Below, one piece after another: positions 48,671 to 58,839 of a stretch of DNA of 64,000 bases. Source of the DNA: an uncultured virus (IMG/VR IMGVR_UViG_3300010282_000326). Its lineage: Duplodnaviria; Heunggongvirae; Uroviricota; Caudoviricetes. Numbering within the stretch: position 1 is the first letter of the stretch; every line of letters begins with the position of its first letter. The notes under the pieces are model-generated. The model ran no database searches, was not told where the DNA came from, and saw only the letters and a list, made by a program, of their open reading frames with translations. The position numbers and the translations under genes were made by a program. The stretch lies in IMG/VR virus record IMGVR_UViG_3300010282_000326, one strand, 5' to 3'.

Positions 48671-49957
48671 ATGGCGATAACACAGGAGTTTGAAGATTAT
48701 AATACTGGTTCGTGTACGATGGCTGAGTTTTATGATGATTTAGAGGCTAAGTTAGCTCTTTTAACTGGCTTAGTTGATTATTCGGAAGTAGGACTCACTT
48801 TAACAGATGTTAGAAAGCCTATGTTTGTATCAGCAGACCCAGGTGTTGGTAAGACAATGGGAGTTATATCAGTTATAAAGGCTATGAATGATAGGCTTAA
48901 GAATTCTGGTAAAGGTGATATACAGTTAGGATTCAAAAAGATTCTTCTTGGTCAGACTGTTGTAGGTTCTTTATCAGGTATTCCAGTTGCAGTTGATGGT
49001 GATATTAAGAGAGCAGCAGCTCCAGAGTTACCAGTAGCTGAGAAAGATGGAGAGTATGGGGTACTTTTCTTAGATGAAATTACTACTGCTGATGAGATGC
49101 AGATACAACCTGCATTAGGTCTTGCAGATGATTCAAGAAGTATTGGTCTTTATAAGTTACCAGAGCATTGGCTTGTAGTTGCAGCAGGAAATGGACCAAA
49201 TTGTACTAACTTTAAGAGAATGGATGATATGACATTGAGTCGTTTCATCACTTACAATATAAGTTACAATTATAAAACAGACTGGAGACCTTGGGCACAC
49301 AAGAACAATATTAACCCAGATATAATTGCTTTTCTTAACTTCAGTCCAGATGCTTGTTCAAGAGTTGAAAGTACTGACACTGATGAGGCTGGTAAAATGG
49401 CACCAAGTCCTCGTACTTGGGAGGCTTTAGATAAGTATATTAAGACAAGAAAAGCTATGGGTAAGCCTATTACAGATAGTAATATGACTGCATTTGCTTC
49501 AAGAGTTATTGGTGTAAAGGCAGCGAGAGAGTTTGGTGCATTCTTAGCTTTCAAAACAAAAGTAAAATATGACCCAGCTAAGATTCTTGATGGTACTGAA
49601 GATGCACCATCTATTATGCAGAAAGAGGAATTTCATATTCTACTTCAGGGTTGTATAAAGGCAATGTTACAAGAAATGCATAACCCAGAAAATATACAGA
49701 AGCAAAGTGGTGATGACATCACATATACTATGGATGTATATCAGAAATTTGCAAATATGTTAAACTGGTTCTTGGAGATGAAAGACCTTGAAAATACTAT
49801 AAATGCTATTACAGAACTTAGAGACGATATACCAGAGGCAAGTGCTATTATGCTTGACCCAGACTTTGATACATTATGTCCTAAGTTTAATGAGTTCCTT
49901 TTAGAGCATGACGAACTTATATTAAATAACTTAGCAGATATAGAGTCTATTATGTAA
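48671..49957 (+). CDS. MoxR-like AAA+ ATPase
   Basis: Walker A ADPGVGKT, Walker B VLFLDEI, VVAAGN, SRF, PSPRTWE; adjacent to the vWA gene. Confidence 0.88.
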   Translation: MAITQEFEDYNTGSCTMAEFYDDLEAKLALLTGLVDYSEVGLTLTDVRKPMFVSADPGVGKTMGVISVIKAMNDRLKNSGKGDIQLGFKKILLGQTVVGSLSGIPVAVDGDIKRAAAPELPVAEKDGEYGVLFLDEITTADEMQIQPALGLADDSRSIGLYKLPEHWLVVAAGNGPNCTNFKRMDDMTLSRFITYNISYNYKTDWRPWAHKNNINPDIIAFLNFSPDACSRVESTDTDEAGKMAPSPRTWEALDKYIKTRKAMGKPITDSNMTAFASRVIGVKAAREFGAFLAFKTKVKYDPAKILDGTEDAPSIMQKEEFHILLQGCIKAMLQEMHNPENIQKQSGDDITYTMDVYQKFANMLNWFLEMKDLENTINAITELRDDIPEASAIMLDPDFDTLCPKFNEFLLEHDELILNNLADIESIM

Positions 49958-49973
49958 TTTGGAGGTGACTGAT

Positions 49974-50978
49974 ATGCCATATATTATAGTAGCAAATTTT
50001 AAGAGTAAAACAAGTCAGTGTGCTTGTTTACAGATATCAGAAGAGTTAGATGTTGTAGGAAGTTTTGGGGTACTTACTTTAGATAATCTTGGTAAGTTTA
50101 CAATACAAAACAATTTAACTCCACTTAACTTTTCAGTAGATAGAAATGGAGCAGTAAAGCAAGATTGGGGTAGTTTTTCTCGATTTGGACAGGGTGTTGT
50201 AGGTATTGCTATTGCTGAGATTGTAGATAGAATTACTCATAAAACTGTAGGTTATCGAGTAGTTTCTTCTCAGACTCCAGCAGCTAGAAATCTTCGTATA
50301 GATGATATTCTGAATAAAGAAAAGCAGTATGGTAGACCATTCTTACAAAATATGATGGTAAGGGGCGGTGCAGTAACAAATTACCCTATGAAAAAGCTAC
50401 CTATTTATACAACAAATAGTAATAGGGCTAAAAGAAGTCATCAGCCAGAGGTTAAAGACAGACCAATATCTGTTGAGAAACCTAAGAGAGTTGAGGAGAA
50501 TAAAGTATATACTGATGCTCAGTTAGTTGAAATATCTAATGCAAGGAAAAATGGTGTTGATGTTGCTTTAATTTCTAATCCAGATTTACAACCAGAGCAG
50601 ATGAGAGTTCTTTGGGCTTCAAAGAAAAATGGTGCTTTAGCTGAGTATTATTCTAATCCGAAATTTAGTACTGATGCTATGAAGTTCTATGCTGATGTTC
50701 TTTACAATAAGGATACGGTTAATAAATTTAGATATACTTTAAAGAAGCCAGAGTTAACTGTACCTCAGCTTCAGGCTATATATGCTTGTATTATTGCTAA
50801 TGTTGATTATAGAGACCTTGTTAATCTTTCCGCAGCAGAAATTGATGTAGAAAGAATAAAGAGGGAGCAGAACTTTTGGAATTCTGAAGAGACGCAAATG
50901 ACAGAGCAGGAAATAGAAGATTTTGATTATAGTCTATTTTCAAAGATTGAAAAATATGTTAGAAAAATAAAGGGTTGA
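49974..50978 (+). CDS. Hypothetical protein with C-terminal helical repeats
   Basis: YTDAQLVEI...NGVDV...SNPDLQPEQM and NGAL...YSNPKFSTDAM repeats; SD ggaggt. Confidence 0.75.
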   Translation: MPYIIVANFKSKTSQCACLQISEELDVVGSFGVLTLDNLGKFTIQNNLTPLNFSVDRNGAVKQDWGSFSRFGQGVVGIAIAEIVDRITHKTVGYRVVSSQTPAARNLRIDDILNKEKQYGRPFLQNMMVRGGAVTNYPMKKLPIYTTNSNRAKRSHQPEVKDRPISVEKPKRVEENKVYTDAQLVEISNARKNGVDVALISNPDLQPEQMRVLWASKKNGALAEYYSNPKFSTDAMKFYADVLYNKDTVNKFRYTLKKPELTVPQLQAIYACIIANVDYRDLVNLSAAEIDVERIKREQNFWNSEETQMTEQEIEDFDYSLFSKIEKYVRKIKG

Positions 50979-50982
50979 TGTT

Positions 50983-52698
50983 ATGTATATAGCTGTTGGT
51001 AAGGTCGAAAATAATATATCAGTTTTAGATACTGCTGATGGTGTTATCGAAAGTTTTGAAAAGGATACTCTTTCGGGTATCCTTTCTTCAGGTGTAACTA
51101 TCTTAGGTGTGACTTTAGATAGCTTACTTGTAAATTCTTTGGCTTATGTTTATATTAGATACAGTATTGATGGTGAGGATATTGATTTTGATGGTTATGC
51201 TTCATTTAATGCTAATGAGGTACCAGATTATTACTATCAAATTGTATATTTGAAAGATATTAAGTCAGAAGTAGACACTAAAAAGAAAGTAAATACTTTA
51301 ATAAGTCATTTAAGAGTATTAAATAAGGATAGCGATAAACGATATGATATTTCAACTGCTTCAGTTACTGATACTGTTGTAAATTATGATGGTTTAGGTT
51401 TTGATTTAGCTTCTGGCGAGTTTGAAGATATAGCAACGATTTTATGTGATTTATACTATAATAATTGCAAATATGGTGGTTTAGATTATATAAAAGGTAC
51501 TGGAAATTACTATATAGGTGTTAAGTTTGGTAGTTGTGTAGTAAAGCTTGATGATTTTATCTTTGAATCATGGGGATATGAAGATGCTTATGAAAGCACA
51601 CCATATACAGACCATATAAGTGTAATTTCTGACATTACTTTTGCAGAATGTGATTGGCTTGATATAGATAAATATTTTAATGGCGATAAAGCTCAAATAT
51701 TATCAGATTGTTATTATTTACCACTTTATAATATAAAGCGAAATGTAGTTGAAACAAATACAGAGTTTTCTACTATAAATGATTTTACAAAGAGAATAAC
51801 AGGGGTAGATAATGTAAATGTTTATACAGATGATGAAACAATGTCTTTGACAGAGTATTATCACTATATATTAGCTTTTCCAGAAAGTCCTTATTCTAAT
51901 GAAGTAGAAAAGAATTTTAAGATATATTTAGCCAAATTAAAATTACTTAAGCAGACAACTAAGCTAAATCCTTACTTTAATTCTTATCTGACAAAAAATG
52001 GAACACACATTACTGAGAGTAGCTTTGGAAAGACTAATAAGAATTATAGAAGTATTATAGCTACACCTTTTGGTGTTATAGAAATAGAAAATAATGAGTA
52101 TGCAAAGAATTATGATACTATATTCTTTACACGACTTACTCATACAGGTTGCACTTGGTTAGAAACTGGTTCAAATCAAGTGAAATTTGGGGCACAGAAG
52201 CAGTTAAATGATAGTTATGGTGATTATGATAGATTTTTGTGTGAAAAACGCTTACTACAGTTTTTTGATGATTGTTGTGAGTCTGAGATAAGTTATCATG
52301 ACCATAAGATAATTCCTTTAGGGGTTACAAGTGTATATTGTGAAGAAGGCTATATAGAAATTGATGTAGTTTGTGTTGTTAATTATGATGGAACAAATGC
52401 AAGGAAAAGAGGGGGTAGTCCAGATAGGTCAGATTATTGGTGGTGTAGTTTTGGTTTATCTCCAGTTTATATGCCTTTAATTTTCTTAGGTAATAAGGTT
52501 GAACATTCAAATGGTTATTACATTTTTAGATTAGGTTTACAAAATGTGTACATACCAGATTCAGCGATAAATCATTTAAGTGGTTGTTTTACAAATTATA
52601 ATATTTTAGGCGACTTTTTACAGCCAGCAAGACGAAAGCCAGATAAAAAAATGTATGATAATACTTTAAAGCTTATTGAAAAGGAGATGAAGGCATGA
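50983..52698 (+). CDS. Hypothetical protein with N-terminal DTxD module
   Basis: ISVLDTADGVIESF...GVTILGV. Confidence 0.8.
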   Translation: MYIAVGKVENNISVLDTADGVIESFEKDTLSGILSSGVTILGVTLDSLLVNSLAYVYIRYSIDGEDIDFDGYASFNANEVPDYYYQIVYLKDIKSEVDTKKKVNTLISHLRVLNKDSDKRYDISTASVTDTVVNYDGLGFDLASGEFEDIATILCDLYYNNCKYGGLDYIKGTGNYYIGVKFGSCVVKLDDFIFESWGYEDAYESTPYTDHISVISDITFAECDWLDIDKYFNGDKAQILSDCYYLPLYNIKRNVVETNTEFSTINDFTKRITGVDNVNVYTDDETMSLTEYYHYILAFPESPYSNEVEKNFKIYLAKLKLLKQTTKLNPYFNSYLTKNGTHITESSFGKTNKNYRSIIATPFGVIEIENNEYAKNYDTIFFTRLTHTGCTWLETGSNQVKFGAQKQLNDSYGDYDRFLCEKRLLQFFDDCCESEISYHDHKIIPLGVTSVYCEEGYIEIDVVCVVNYDGTNARKRGGSPDRSDYWWCSFGLSPVYMPLIFLGNKVEHSNGYYIFRLGLQNVYIPDSAINHLSGCFTNYNILGDFLQPARRKPDKKMYDNTLKLIEKEMKA

Positions 52699-52907
52699 CA
52701 CAAGAAGAATATGTTTTATGTTATGTTGAAAGATATGGAATAACTAATTATAGAGTAAAAGATGGTAAGATAATATTTAATGTTTCATATCCAGCTTACT
52801 TATCAAATCCAAGAGTTACTTATCAGCATATATATGATATTAAAACTGGAAAAGAAGTTGTTAAGCAGTTGAAAAGATATGATAAGGGTGGCGAACAGAA
52901 TAGATAA
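52695..52907 (+). CDS. Hypothetical protein
   Basis: SD aaggag; ATGA coupling. Confidence 0.7.
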   Translation: MTQEEYVLCYVERYGITNYRVKDGKIIFNVSYPAYLSNPRVTYQHIYDIKTGKEVVKQLKRYDKGGEQNR

Positions 52908-52913
52908 TATGGC

Positions 52914-52951
52914 AGAAGTCAGAATTAATTTAAGTTAGTTCTGACTTTTTT
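52914..52951 (+). terminator. Intrinsic terminator
   Basis: agaagtcagaattaat-ttaa-gttagttctgactttttt. Confidence 0.75.
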
Positions 52952-52986
52952 AATGCTAAAATATTTTCTTATCTGATTTAGAAAGG

Positions 52987-53235
52987 ATGATTTATTTGGG
53001 TAAGAAAAAGAAATTACGAGAATTGAAAAAATATAAGAAGGAATTACAGCTAGAATATAATTCATATAATAATACATTAAGTTTTTTGAATAGTGAAATA
53101 TCACGAGTTAATAAACTTGAAAGTATAGGTAAGGAAGATATAAAGTATGAAATAGATATCATTAAGACTAAAATTAGAAAAGTAACAAAGAAGATGGAGA
53201 AAGCTAAAGAAGAATTAGATGGTTTAGAAATTTAA
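52987..53235 (+). CDS. Small coiled-coil protein
   Basis: K/E-rich heptads. Confidence 0.6.
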   Translation: MIYLGKKKKLRELKKYKKELQLEYNSYNNTLSFLNSEISRVNKLESIGKEDIKYEIDIIKTKIRKVTKKMEKAKEELDGLEI

Positions 53236-53449
53236 AGTTAATTTAACTTTACTGAGGGTTTGTTGACCTTTGCATTTTCATTCTATTTTTCTTTTGAAAA
53301 CTATATAAGATTATATAGTATTTAGCTTAATTTAGTTTGAAAATTTCTTAAGATATGGTCATTTTAAGAAATTTTTTATTTTTTACAGTTTTTGAACTGT
53401 ATTTTAATAACTAGTTTACTGTGTTAGTTAAATAAAGGAGTGATAGAGT

Positions 53450-54529
53450 TTGAATTATGAACTTTTAAAGATTCTTATTCAGTTAAATTTTCTTCCTATC
53501 TGTATAAGTATCTTTTTAATATATTTTTTTAATATCAATAAAAGCTATGATAGTAAATCAGTACAAAGATTTCAGGTTATAGTTGTTCAACTTTTGGTAT
53601 TACTTTGTATAGATAGTTTAGATTATATATGCATTGAATATAATGATACAACTATCTGGCATACACTTGTAGTTGTTATAGGCTATGATTTAAGATTATT
53701 TATTATGGCAGGTGTTACAGATATAGCAATAGAGCGTCTTGAGTATAGCAAGAGTAATTATGTTTACATCTTAGCTGGCTTGAACGCTTTAATTTTATTA
53801 TTAACTTTCTTTACAGACCTTGTTTTTGAATTTAATGCAAATGGAGAAGTTGAAAATAATCTCTTGGGGTACACCCCACATATAATAGAATTGGGGTATA
53901 GTATTATTTTAATAGTTTTAGTTATAAAACTTTTTTATATAAGACATAAAAATGAAGCTGAACTTATATTATTTTGTTTAATATTAACTTTATTAGCGAC
54001 TTATCTTGAGCATTGTTATGATTTACGAGGTTTGTTAACTAGTGTTATTGCTTTTACTATAATATTTTATTATTTATATATTCATATTGAGCATTTTAAA
54101 TTTGATAATCTTACTAGAGCTTTAAATAGGGACTCTTTTTATGCAGATGTTAAATCTTTAGGAAAAGAAAAAATAACTGCTATAATGAGTATTGATTTAG
54201 ATGGCTTAAAAGAAACAAATGATACCAGAGGGCATCAAGCAGGTGATGAGTTATTATTAAATACTACTAGAGTTATACAAAAGTCTTTATATACTGGTTG
54301 TTATCTGTATAGAGTTGGTGGGGATGAATTTACAATACTTTGCGTTAATTATGGAGAAGTAGAGGTAAAAAATCTAGCAACTAAGATATTAAATAATATA
54401 GAAAAAGCAGGCTTAAGCGTATCTTTGGGGTATGCAATGTGGTTTGGAAATAAAGATTTTGAAGAAGTATATCATGAAGCAGATATTAAAATGTATGAGA
54501 TGAAGGAAATAAATCATGCAAATAGATAA
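53450..54529 (+). CDS. Membrane-bound diguanylate cyclase
   Basis: About 7 TM helices, then DNLTRALNR, IDLDGLKETNDTRGHQAGDELL, YRVGGDEF, ADIKMYEMK. Confidence 0.93.
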   Translation: MNYELLKILIQLNFLPICISIFLIYFFNINKSYDSKSVQRFQVIVVQLLVLLCIDSLDYICIEYNDTTIWHTLVVVIGYDLRLFIMAGVTDIAIERLEYSKSNYVYILAGLNALILLLTFFTDLVFEFNANGEVENNLLGYTPHIIELGYSIILIVLVIKLFYIRHKNEAELILFCLILTLLATYLEHCYDLRGLLTSVIAFTIIFYYLYIHIEHFKFDNLTRALNRDSFYADVKSLGKEKITAIMSIDLDGLKETNDTRGHQAGDELLLNTTRVIQKSLYTGCYLYRVGGDEFTILCVNYGEVEVKNLATKILNNIEKAGLSVSLGYAMWFGNKDFEEVYHEADIKMYEMKEINHANR

Positions 54530-54621
54530 TAACTTTATAGTTAGTTATTTTTAGTTTTTTAATTATTTTAACTTTGCATATATTTCTAATTTATATAGTT
54601 CTTTTAGAAAGGAGACTTATT

Positions 54622-55047
54622 ATGTTTTATGTTTCGGCTAAGAAAGGTGATAAATTTGGAATAACTGATACTAATGATGGTGTAACTGAATTTTATACCT
54701 TAGACTATATAAGAAAAATTCAAAAACTTGGACATAGCATGGCAGGTCTTACTGAAACAGGTAATTGCTATGTTTTAAGTAAGAAGTTGGCAACTTTATG
54801 GTATTTCACTAAAGGAATGGGAGTTCGAGTTAAACTCAGTAAAGATTTAGACTGGAAACAAACATTATTCATGGGGTACAAAGAGAAAGATGGTCTTTTA
54901 ACTTTTTATTTTGCTGATGGTGATGGTTTAAATGGTTATTTTGGCTTAACATCAAAATTTATAACAAACTCAGGGGTAGACTTTGATTATAGAAATAATG
55001 ACCCAGTTGAGTGTACTAAAATAAAAGAAAGGATAGCAAGGGTATGA
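54622..55047 (+). CDS. Hypothetical protein with N-terminal DTxD module
   Basis: MFYVS...FGITDTNDGVTEFYT; SD aaggag. Confidence 0.8.
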   Translation: MFYVSAKKGDKFGITDTNDGVTEFYTLDYIRKIQKLGHSMAGLTETGNCYVLSKKLATLWYFTKGMGVRVKLSKDLDWKQTLFMGYKEKDGLLTFYFADGDGLNGYFGLTSKFITNSGVDFDYRNNDPVECTKIKERIARV

Positions 55048-55910
55048 TACCAGAACAATTTAAGAATTTCAAAAGCTATTCAAGATATAGAGGTTTTAGT
55101 GATAAATATGATTTATCTGATGAGTATTTTGCAACTATTGTAAATGGCAATCTTTTATGTACAGATACAGAATGTGATATTGATTGCGATGGTAATATTT
55201 GTTTAGTTACTCCAGAAGGTGATTGTTTTCATATAGGTACTATACCTCAAACTGAAGATGGTTCAAAGCCAGTATTTTCATTTGATGGTAATCACACCTT
55301 AGTTGTTAAATATAAGGTATATTATGATAATGACCACCATCATGGTGATTATGAAACTATAAAGTGTCCTTTAGTTGTGACATCAGATATGATTATAAAG
55401 CTGAAGTTTAGAAAAATTGTTTGGTTTTTAGGTAAAGAATGTCATAATGCTTATCAAGGTGGAAGGTATCGCAATACTTGTGATTTTTGGTGGGATACTA
55501 CAAAACTTAAAGTAGAGTTAACAGGAACTAGAAAATTGATGAACCGATATTCTTCTCCAGCTACTGATTATTTTACACAATATATTATTTATACCGAAAA
55601 CGGTTGGACTTTGCAACCAGATGAGAGTGGTAAGATGCAGGTTCAAGATGAAGTATTCAGGGATAGCCCTAAATTGTATAAATGTATTGAATCTTTAAAC
55701 TTTTTTAAGTATAGATTCTATATAAAAGAGTATAAGAATGGTAAATATAGTGTTATAGATAAGGCTGATAATGTAGAAGAATGGTACGATAGTACACAAA
55801 TTAAGGATTTTTATAAACAAGGTGTACAGATTTGTGGTGTTTTTGTTTTAAATGAAAAATTCTGCATTCAGCCAATAGTTGAAGATTTAGCAATGATAGG
55901 GAGGCTATGA
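55044..55910 (+). CDS. Hypothetical protein with C-terminal DTxD module
   Basis: RFYIKE...YSVIDKADNVEEWY...GVQICGV near the C-terminus. Confidence 0.75.
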   Translation: MIPEQFKNFKSYSRYRGFSDKYDLSDEYFATIVNGNLLCTDTECDIDCDGNICLVTPEGDCFHIGTIPQTEDGSKPVFSFDGNHTLVVKYKVYYDNDHHHGDYETIKCPLVVTSDMIIKLKFRKIVWFLGKECHNAYQGGRYRNTCDFWWDTTKLKVELTGTRKLMNRYSSPATDYFTQYIIYTENGWTLQPDESGKMQVQDEVFRDSPKLYKCIESLNFFKYRFYIKEYKNGKYSVIDKADNVEEWYDSTQIKDFYKQGVQICGVFVLNEKFCIQPIVEDLAMIGRL

Positions 55911-56251
55911 TGGGGTATCGTGAGACATTTTTTCAGTATAATCCAGGTGTAAAGTTACCTTTCAAGAGGGGTACTTGGTATCGTTGTAAAGGTTGTGGAC
56001 AGTGGTTTCAAAAGTCACAGATAACAGTTGACCATATTATTCCTAAGAGGAAAGGTGGAACTGATGACTTATGGAATTTACAGCCTATGTGTAAACATTG
56101 TAATTCAAGTAAAAGAGATAGACAATCAGGTTTTGAAACAACAAAAGCAGTCACTGGAGCATTAGTACATGGCGATTTAGGTCAGCTCGCAGGTAGTATG
56201 GCAAAGCGTAAAGCTATGGATGTATTTGGACTTAGATATAAAAGGAAGTAG
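55907..56251 (+). CDS. HNH endonuclease
   Basis: CKGCG...TVDHIIPKRKGGTDDLWNLQPMCKHCNSSK. Confidence 0.9.
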   Translation: MMGYRETFFQYNPGVKLPFKRGTWYRCKGCGQWFQKSQITVDHIIPKRKGGTDDLWNLQPMCKHCNSSKRDRQSGFETTKAVTGALVHGDLGQLAGSMAKRKAMDVFGLRYKRK

Positions 56252-56259
56252 GTGATTAT

Positions 56260-56448
56260 ATGGCAAGAAAAACTGATAGAGAAAGAGAGATGGAGGCTCA
56301 ACGCTTAGGTCTTTTTAAAGTTTATGTGAGAACATATTGCCCTACTGAAAAACGATATGGAAATAAATTAAGATTTTATAGAGGATATAAAACTTATGAA
56401 GAAGCTATGAGAGTTGTTAATTCTGACCCTCGGAGATTTTTTATGTAA
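56260..56448 (+). CDS. Hypothetical protein
   Basis: SD aggtg; 62 aa. Confidence 0.65.
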   Translation: MARKTDREREMEAQRLGLFKVYVRTYCPTEKRYGNKLRFYRGYKTYEEAMRVVNSDPRRFFM

Positions 56449-56464
56449 TAAAGGTGGTTAGTTT

Positions 56465-57283
56465 ATGTTTAGTTTAGACTCATTTCAAACTGTACAGAGT
56501 GAGAGCAGTAGTAAGGGAAATCAGCGAAAATTTTATAAAGATGGTTATTGGGTTAAATTAGATTCTGAACATTGCTGTCAAGGTTTGGCTGAAGATTTTG
56601 TTAGTCAGATTGAAAGATGTATCTCAGGTTTTAATTTTGTACCTTACAAAAGTTTACAAGTATCTTATCGAGATAATATGTATAATGCTTGCTTATGTAA
56701 GAATATGTATAATCAAGATGTTCAATTTATATCGTTGAGAAGTTTATTTAAACAAAATAAGATTCCATTGAACACCTTTATAAAGTATGATGATATAAAA
56801 GATAATATTAAAGCTGTTGTAGAAAAAGTTTACATCTTAACAGACTTAAATCTTTTAGAGTATTTTCGTGATTTGCTATTTTTAGATGCTTTGATTTTGA
56901 ATGAGGATAGGCATTATATGAACTTAGGTGTATGTTATTATGGAGAAAAATATTATATAGCACCTTGTTTTGATAATGGCTCAAGTTTATTTTGTGTTGA
57001 CTGGACATATAGAAAAAGAAAGAGTTTAGAAGAAAATATTGAATTTGCTAAAAGTGTAGCTCGACCTTTTTCAAAGTTTTATGATAAACAAATATCAGCT
57101 TTTCTTGAGTTAGGGGTAGCTCCTTTAAGAATAAATAGAGTTGCTTTAAATTGGTTATTACAAAACTATACTAATGAATTATATAGTGAGCAACAAGTTT
57201 TGTTAGTTAAGTCTGTACTTTATAATAGATTAAACTATTATAATGGAGATGGTAAGTTTGGAGGTTTGTATTATTATGTTTAA
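56465..57283 (+). CDS. HipA/CtkA-like Ser/Thr kinase (C-terminal kinase domain only)
   Basis: SSKGNQRK (P-loop), WVK, LDALILNEDRHYMNLG, APCFDNGSSL. Confidence 0.85.
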   Translation: MFSLDSFQTVQSESSSKGNQRKFYKDGYWVKLDSEHCCQGLAEDFVSQIERCISGFNFVPYKSLQVSYRDNMYNACLCKNMYNQDVQFISLRSLFKQNKIPLNTFIKYDDIKDNIKAVVEKVYILTDLNLLEYFRDLLFLDALILNEDRHYMNLGVCYYGEKYYIAPCFDNGSSLFCVDWTYRKRKSLEENIEFAKSVARPFSKFYDKQISAFLELGVAPLRINRVALNWLLQNYTNELYSEQQVLLVKSVLYNRLNYYNGDGKFGGLYYYV

Positions 57284-57629
57284 TACTGATTATAGTGTAA
57301 AAGTTTATCTTAAGAATGATTTAATATCTGAAATTTTTGTAAAAGATGGTTCTGTAGATTTTAAGAATTATTCAAGTAAAACGATATTCTTACCATTTGG
57401 TGTTCAAACTTCTGCTACTATTGAGGATTTAGAAGAGTTTTATGAAGATAGATGTTTCCCACGAGAGCGTGATAATTGCAATCAAATATTAAGAGACCTC
57501 GGACTTAATTGTTATGAGCCTGAGTTAATATGTAGAAAAACTCATGGATTACAATTTGATGATTTTGTGTGGTTACAATTTTCAGATGAGCCACAAGTAA
57601 CTTGGGATGAAATAAAATTGCGAGATTGA
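57276..57629 (+). CDS. HipA N-terminal-subdomain-like (HipS-like) protein
   Basis: FYEDRCFPRERDN...ILRDLGL...KTHG...DDFVW; overlaps the kinase stop. Confidence 0.65.
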   Translation: MFNTDYSVKVYLKNDLISEIFVKDGSVDFKNYSSKTIFLPFGVQTSATIEDLEEFYEDRCFPRERDNCNQILRDLGLNCYEPELICRKTHGLQFDDFVWLQFSDEPQVTWDEIKLRD

Positions 57630-57641
57630 TGGGGTGATTAT

Positions 57642-58214
57642 ATGTTTTATGTGTCAAGTATAAAAGAGCCTTTTCATATAGCAGAGTGGCAAGGTACAAC
57701 TTTATACAATAAAATAGGCATTACAGATACTGAAGATGGAAAGGAAGAGTTCTACACTAATAATGAGGTACTTAAGTTTATAAAAGAAAAGAATATAAAC
57801 ATATATGGTACATATTGTTACGGTGTCAATAAGTATAGAATGTTTGTTTTTGCTACACCTATGGAGTTTGATGTAAAAGTTAGCGAAAGTAAACTTAAAG
57901 CTCTATTTAAGACAAATAAAGAACGGCATAATCCTTGGTCTTTGTATCCTATTGAAGATTATTTAGCAAGTCTAGGGGTAGCTACAAAGATTATTATTTT
58001 TTATTCTTATGTTGGTGATGGTGATAGAAGACGACATAGCTCAAGAGCAGAGTTTGTAAAAAGAGATATTGATTCTTGGTATTATGAAGATAAAGATAAT
58101 GCTTTTAGTGGTGATATAGTTGATTCAAGAGGTGCAGCTAATTTTATGGATTATCCAAGTTGTTGTATGACAGATTTAGCTGTTTTTCCAAGTGTTAAGT
58201 ATCATAATGTTTAA
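57642..58214 (+). CDS. Hypothetical protein with N-terminal DTxD module
   Basis: MFYVSS...IGITDTEDGKEEFYT...NINIYGT. Confidence 0.8.
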   Translation: MFYVSSIKEPFHIAEWQGTTLYNKIGITDTEDGKEEFYTNNEVLKFIKEKNINIYGTYCYGVNKYRMFVFATPMEFDVKVSESKLKALFKTNKERHNPWSLYPIEDYLASLGVATKIIIFYSYVGDGDRRRHSSRAEFVKRDIDSWYYEDKDNAFSGDIVDSRGAANFMDYPSCCMTDLAVFPSVKYHNV

Positions 58215-58238
58215 TTATAAAAGGAGGTATAAGAAATT

Positions 58239-58535
58239 ATGTACTATGTATCAAGCAAGAAGAAAACAGGTAAGACTAGGCAGACTATAAGTAAAGATAT
58301 GAGAGTAGTTAATGTAACTGAATATCTTTATGGGGTAACAGACACAAAGGATAATGTAGAAGAGTTTGTTACTTTTAGTCAGATTGTAGACTATGTAGAA
58401 GCAGGAGTCGATATTAAAGGTGTTAGAAAGGTAACTAAGAATAAACAGCATAAAAATTTAATTACTTATAAAATTGATGTTTATAATGCTGAAACACAGG
58501 CTCGTATGGATGCAGAAACAGATATGGAGGATTAA
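58239..58535 (+). CDS. Small protein consisting mostly of the DTxD module
   Basis: MYYVSS...YGVTDTKDNVEEFVT...GVDIKGV; SD aaggaggt. Confidence 0.8.
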   Translation: MYYVSSKKKTGKTRQTISKDMRVVNVTEYLYGVTDTKDNVEEFVTFSQIVDYVEAGVDIKGVRKVTKNKQHKNLITYKIDVYNAETQARMDAETDMED

Positions 58536-58538
58536 GTT

Positions 58539-58838
58539 ATGAAAGAGGCTAAAAAATATTATATTTATCAGGGTAAGATTCATGGACAGCCTATTGGTAA
58601 GTCTAAGTTTATATATGCAAATGGACCGACTGCAGCTCTTAAGGCATTTTTTCCAAATACTAAGTACAGAAAAGCAACACAGAAAGAAATTTTTGGTAGT
58701 GCAAGAAATCTTCAATTTGGTATGAGAAATGGTCAAATGCAGTATAAGCCAAATCAAAATGCAGGTACAGTTATGAATTGGATACAGATAAATAATGTAG
58801 ATAAGGATGAGGCAGCATTCTTCATATTGGAGGGGTAG
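58539..58838 (+). CDS. Hypothetical protein
   Basis: SD ggagg. Confidence 0.7.
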   Translation: MKEAKKYYIYQGKIHGQPIGKSKFIYANGPTAALKAFFPNTKYRKATQKEIFGSARNLQFGMRNGQMQYKPNQNAGTVMNWIQINNVDKDEAAFFILEG

Positions 58839-58839
58839 T

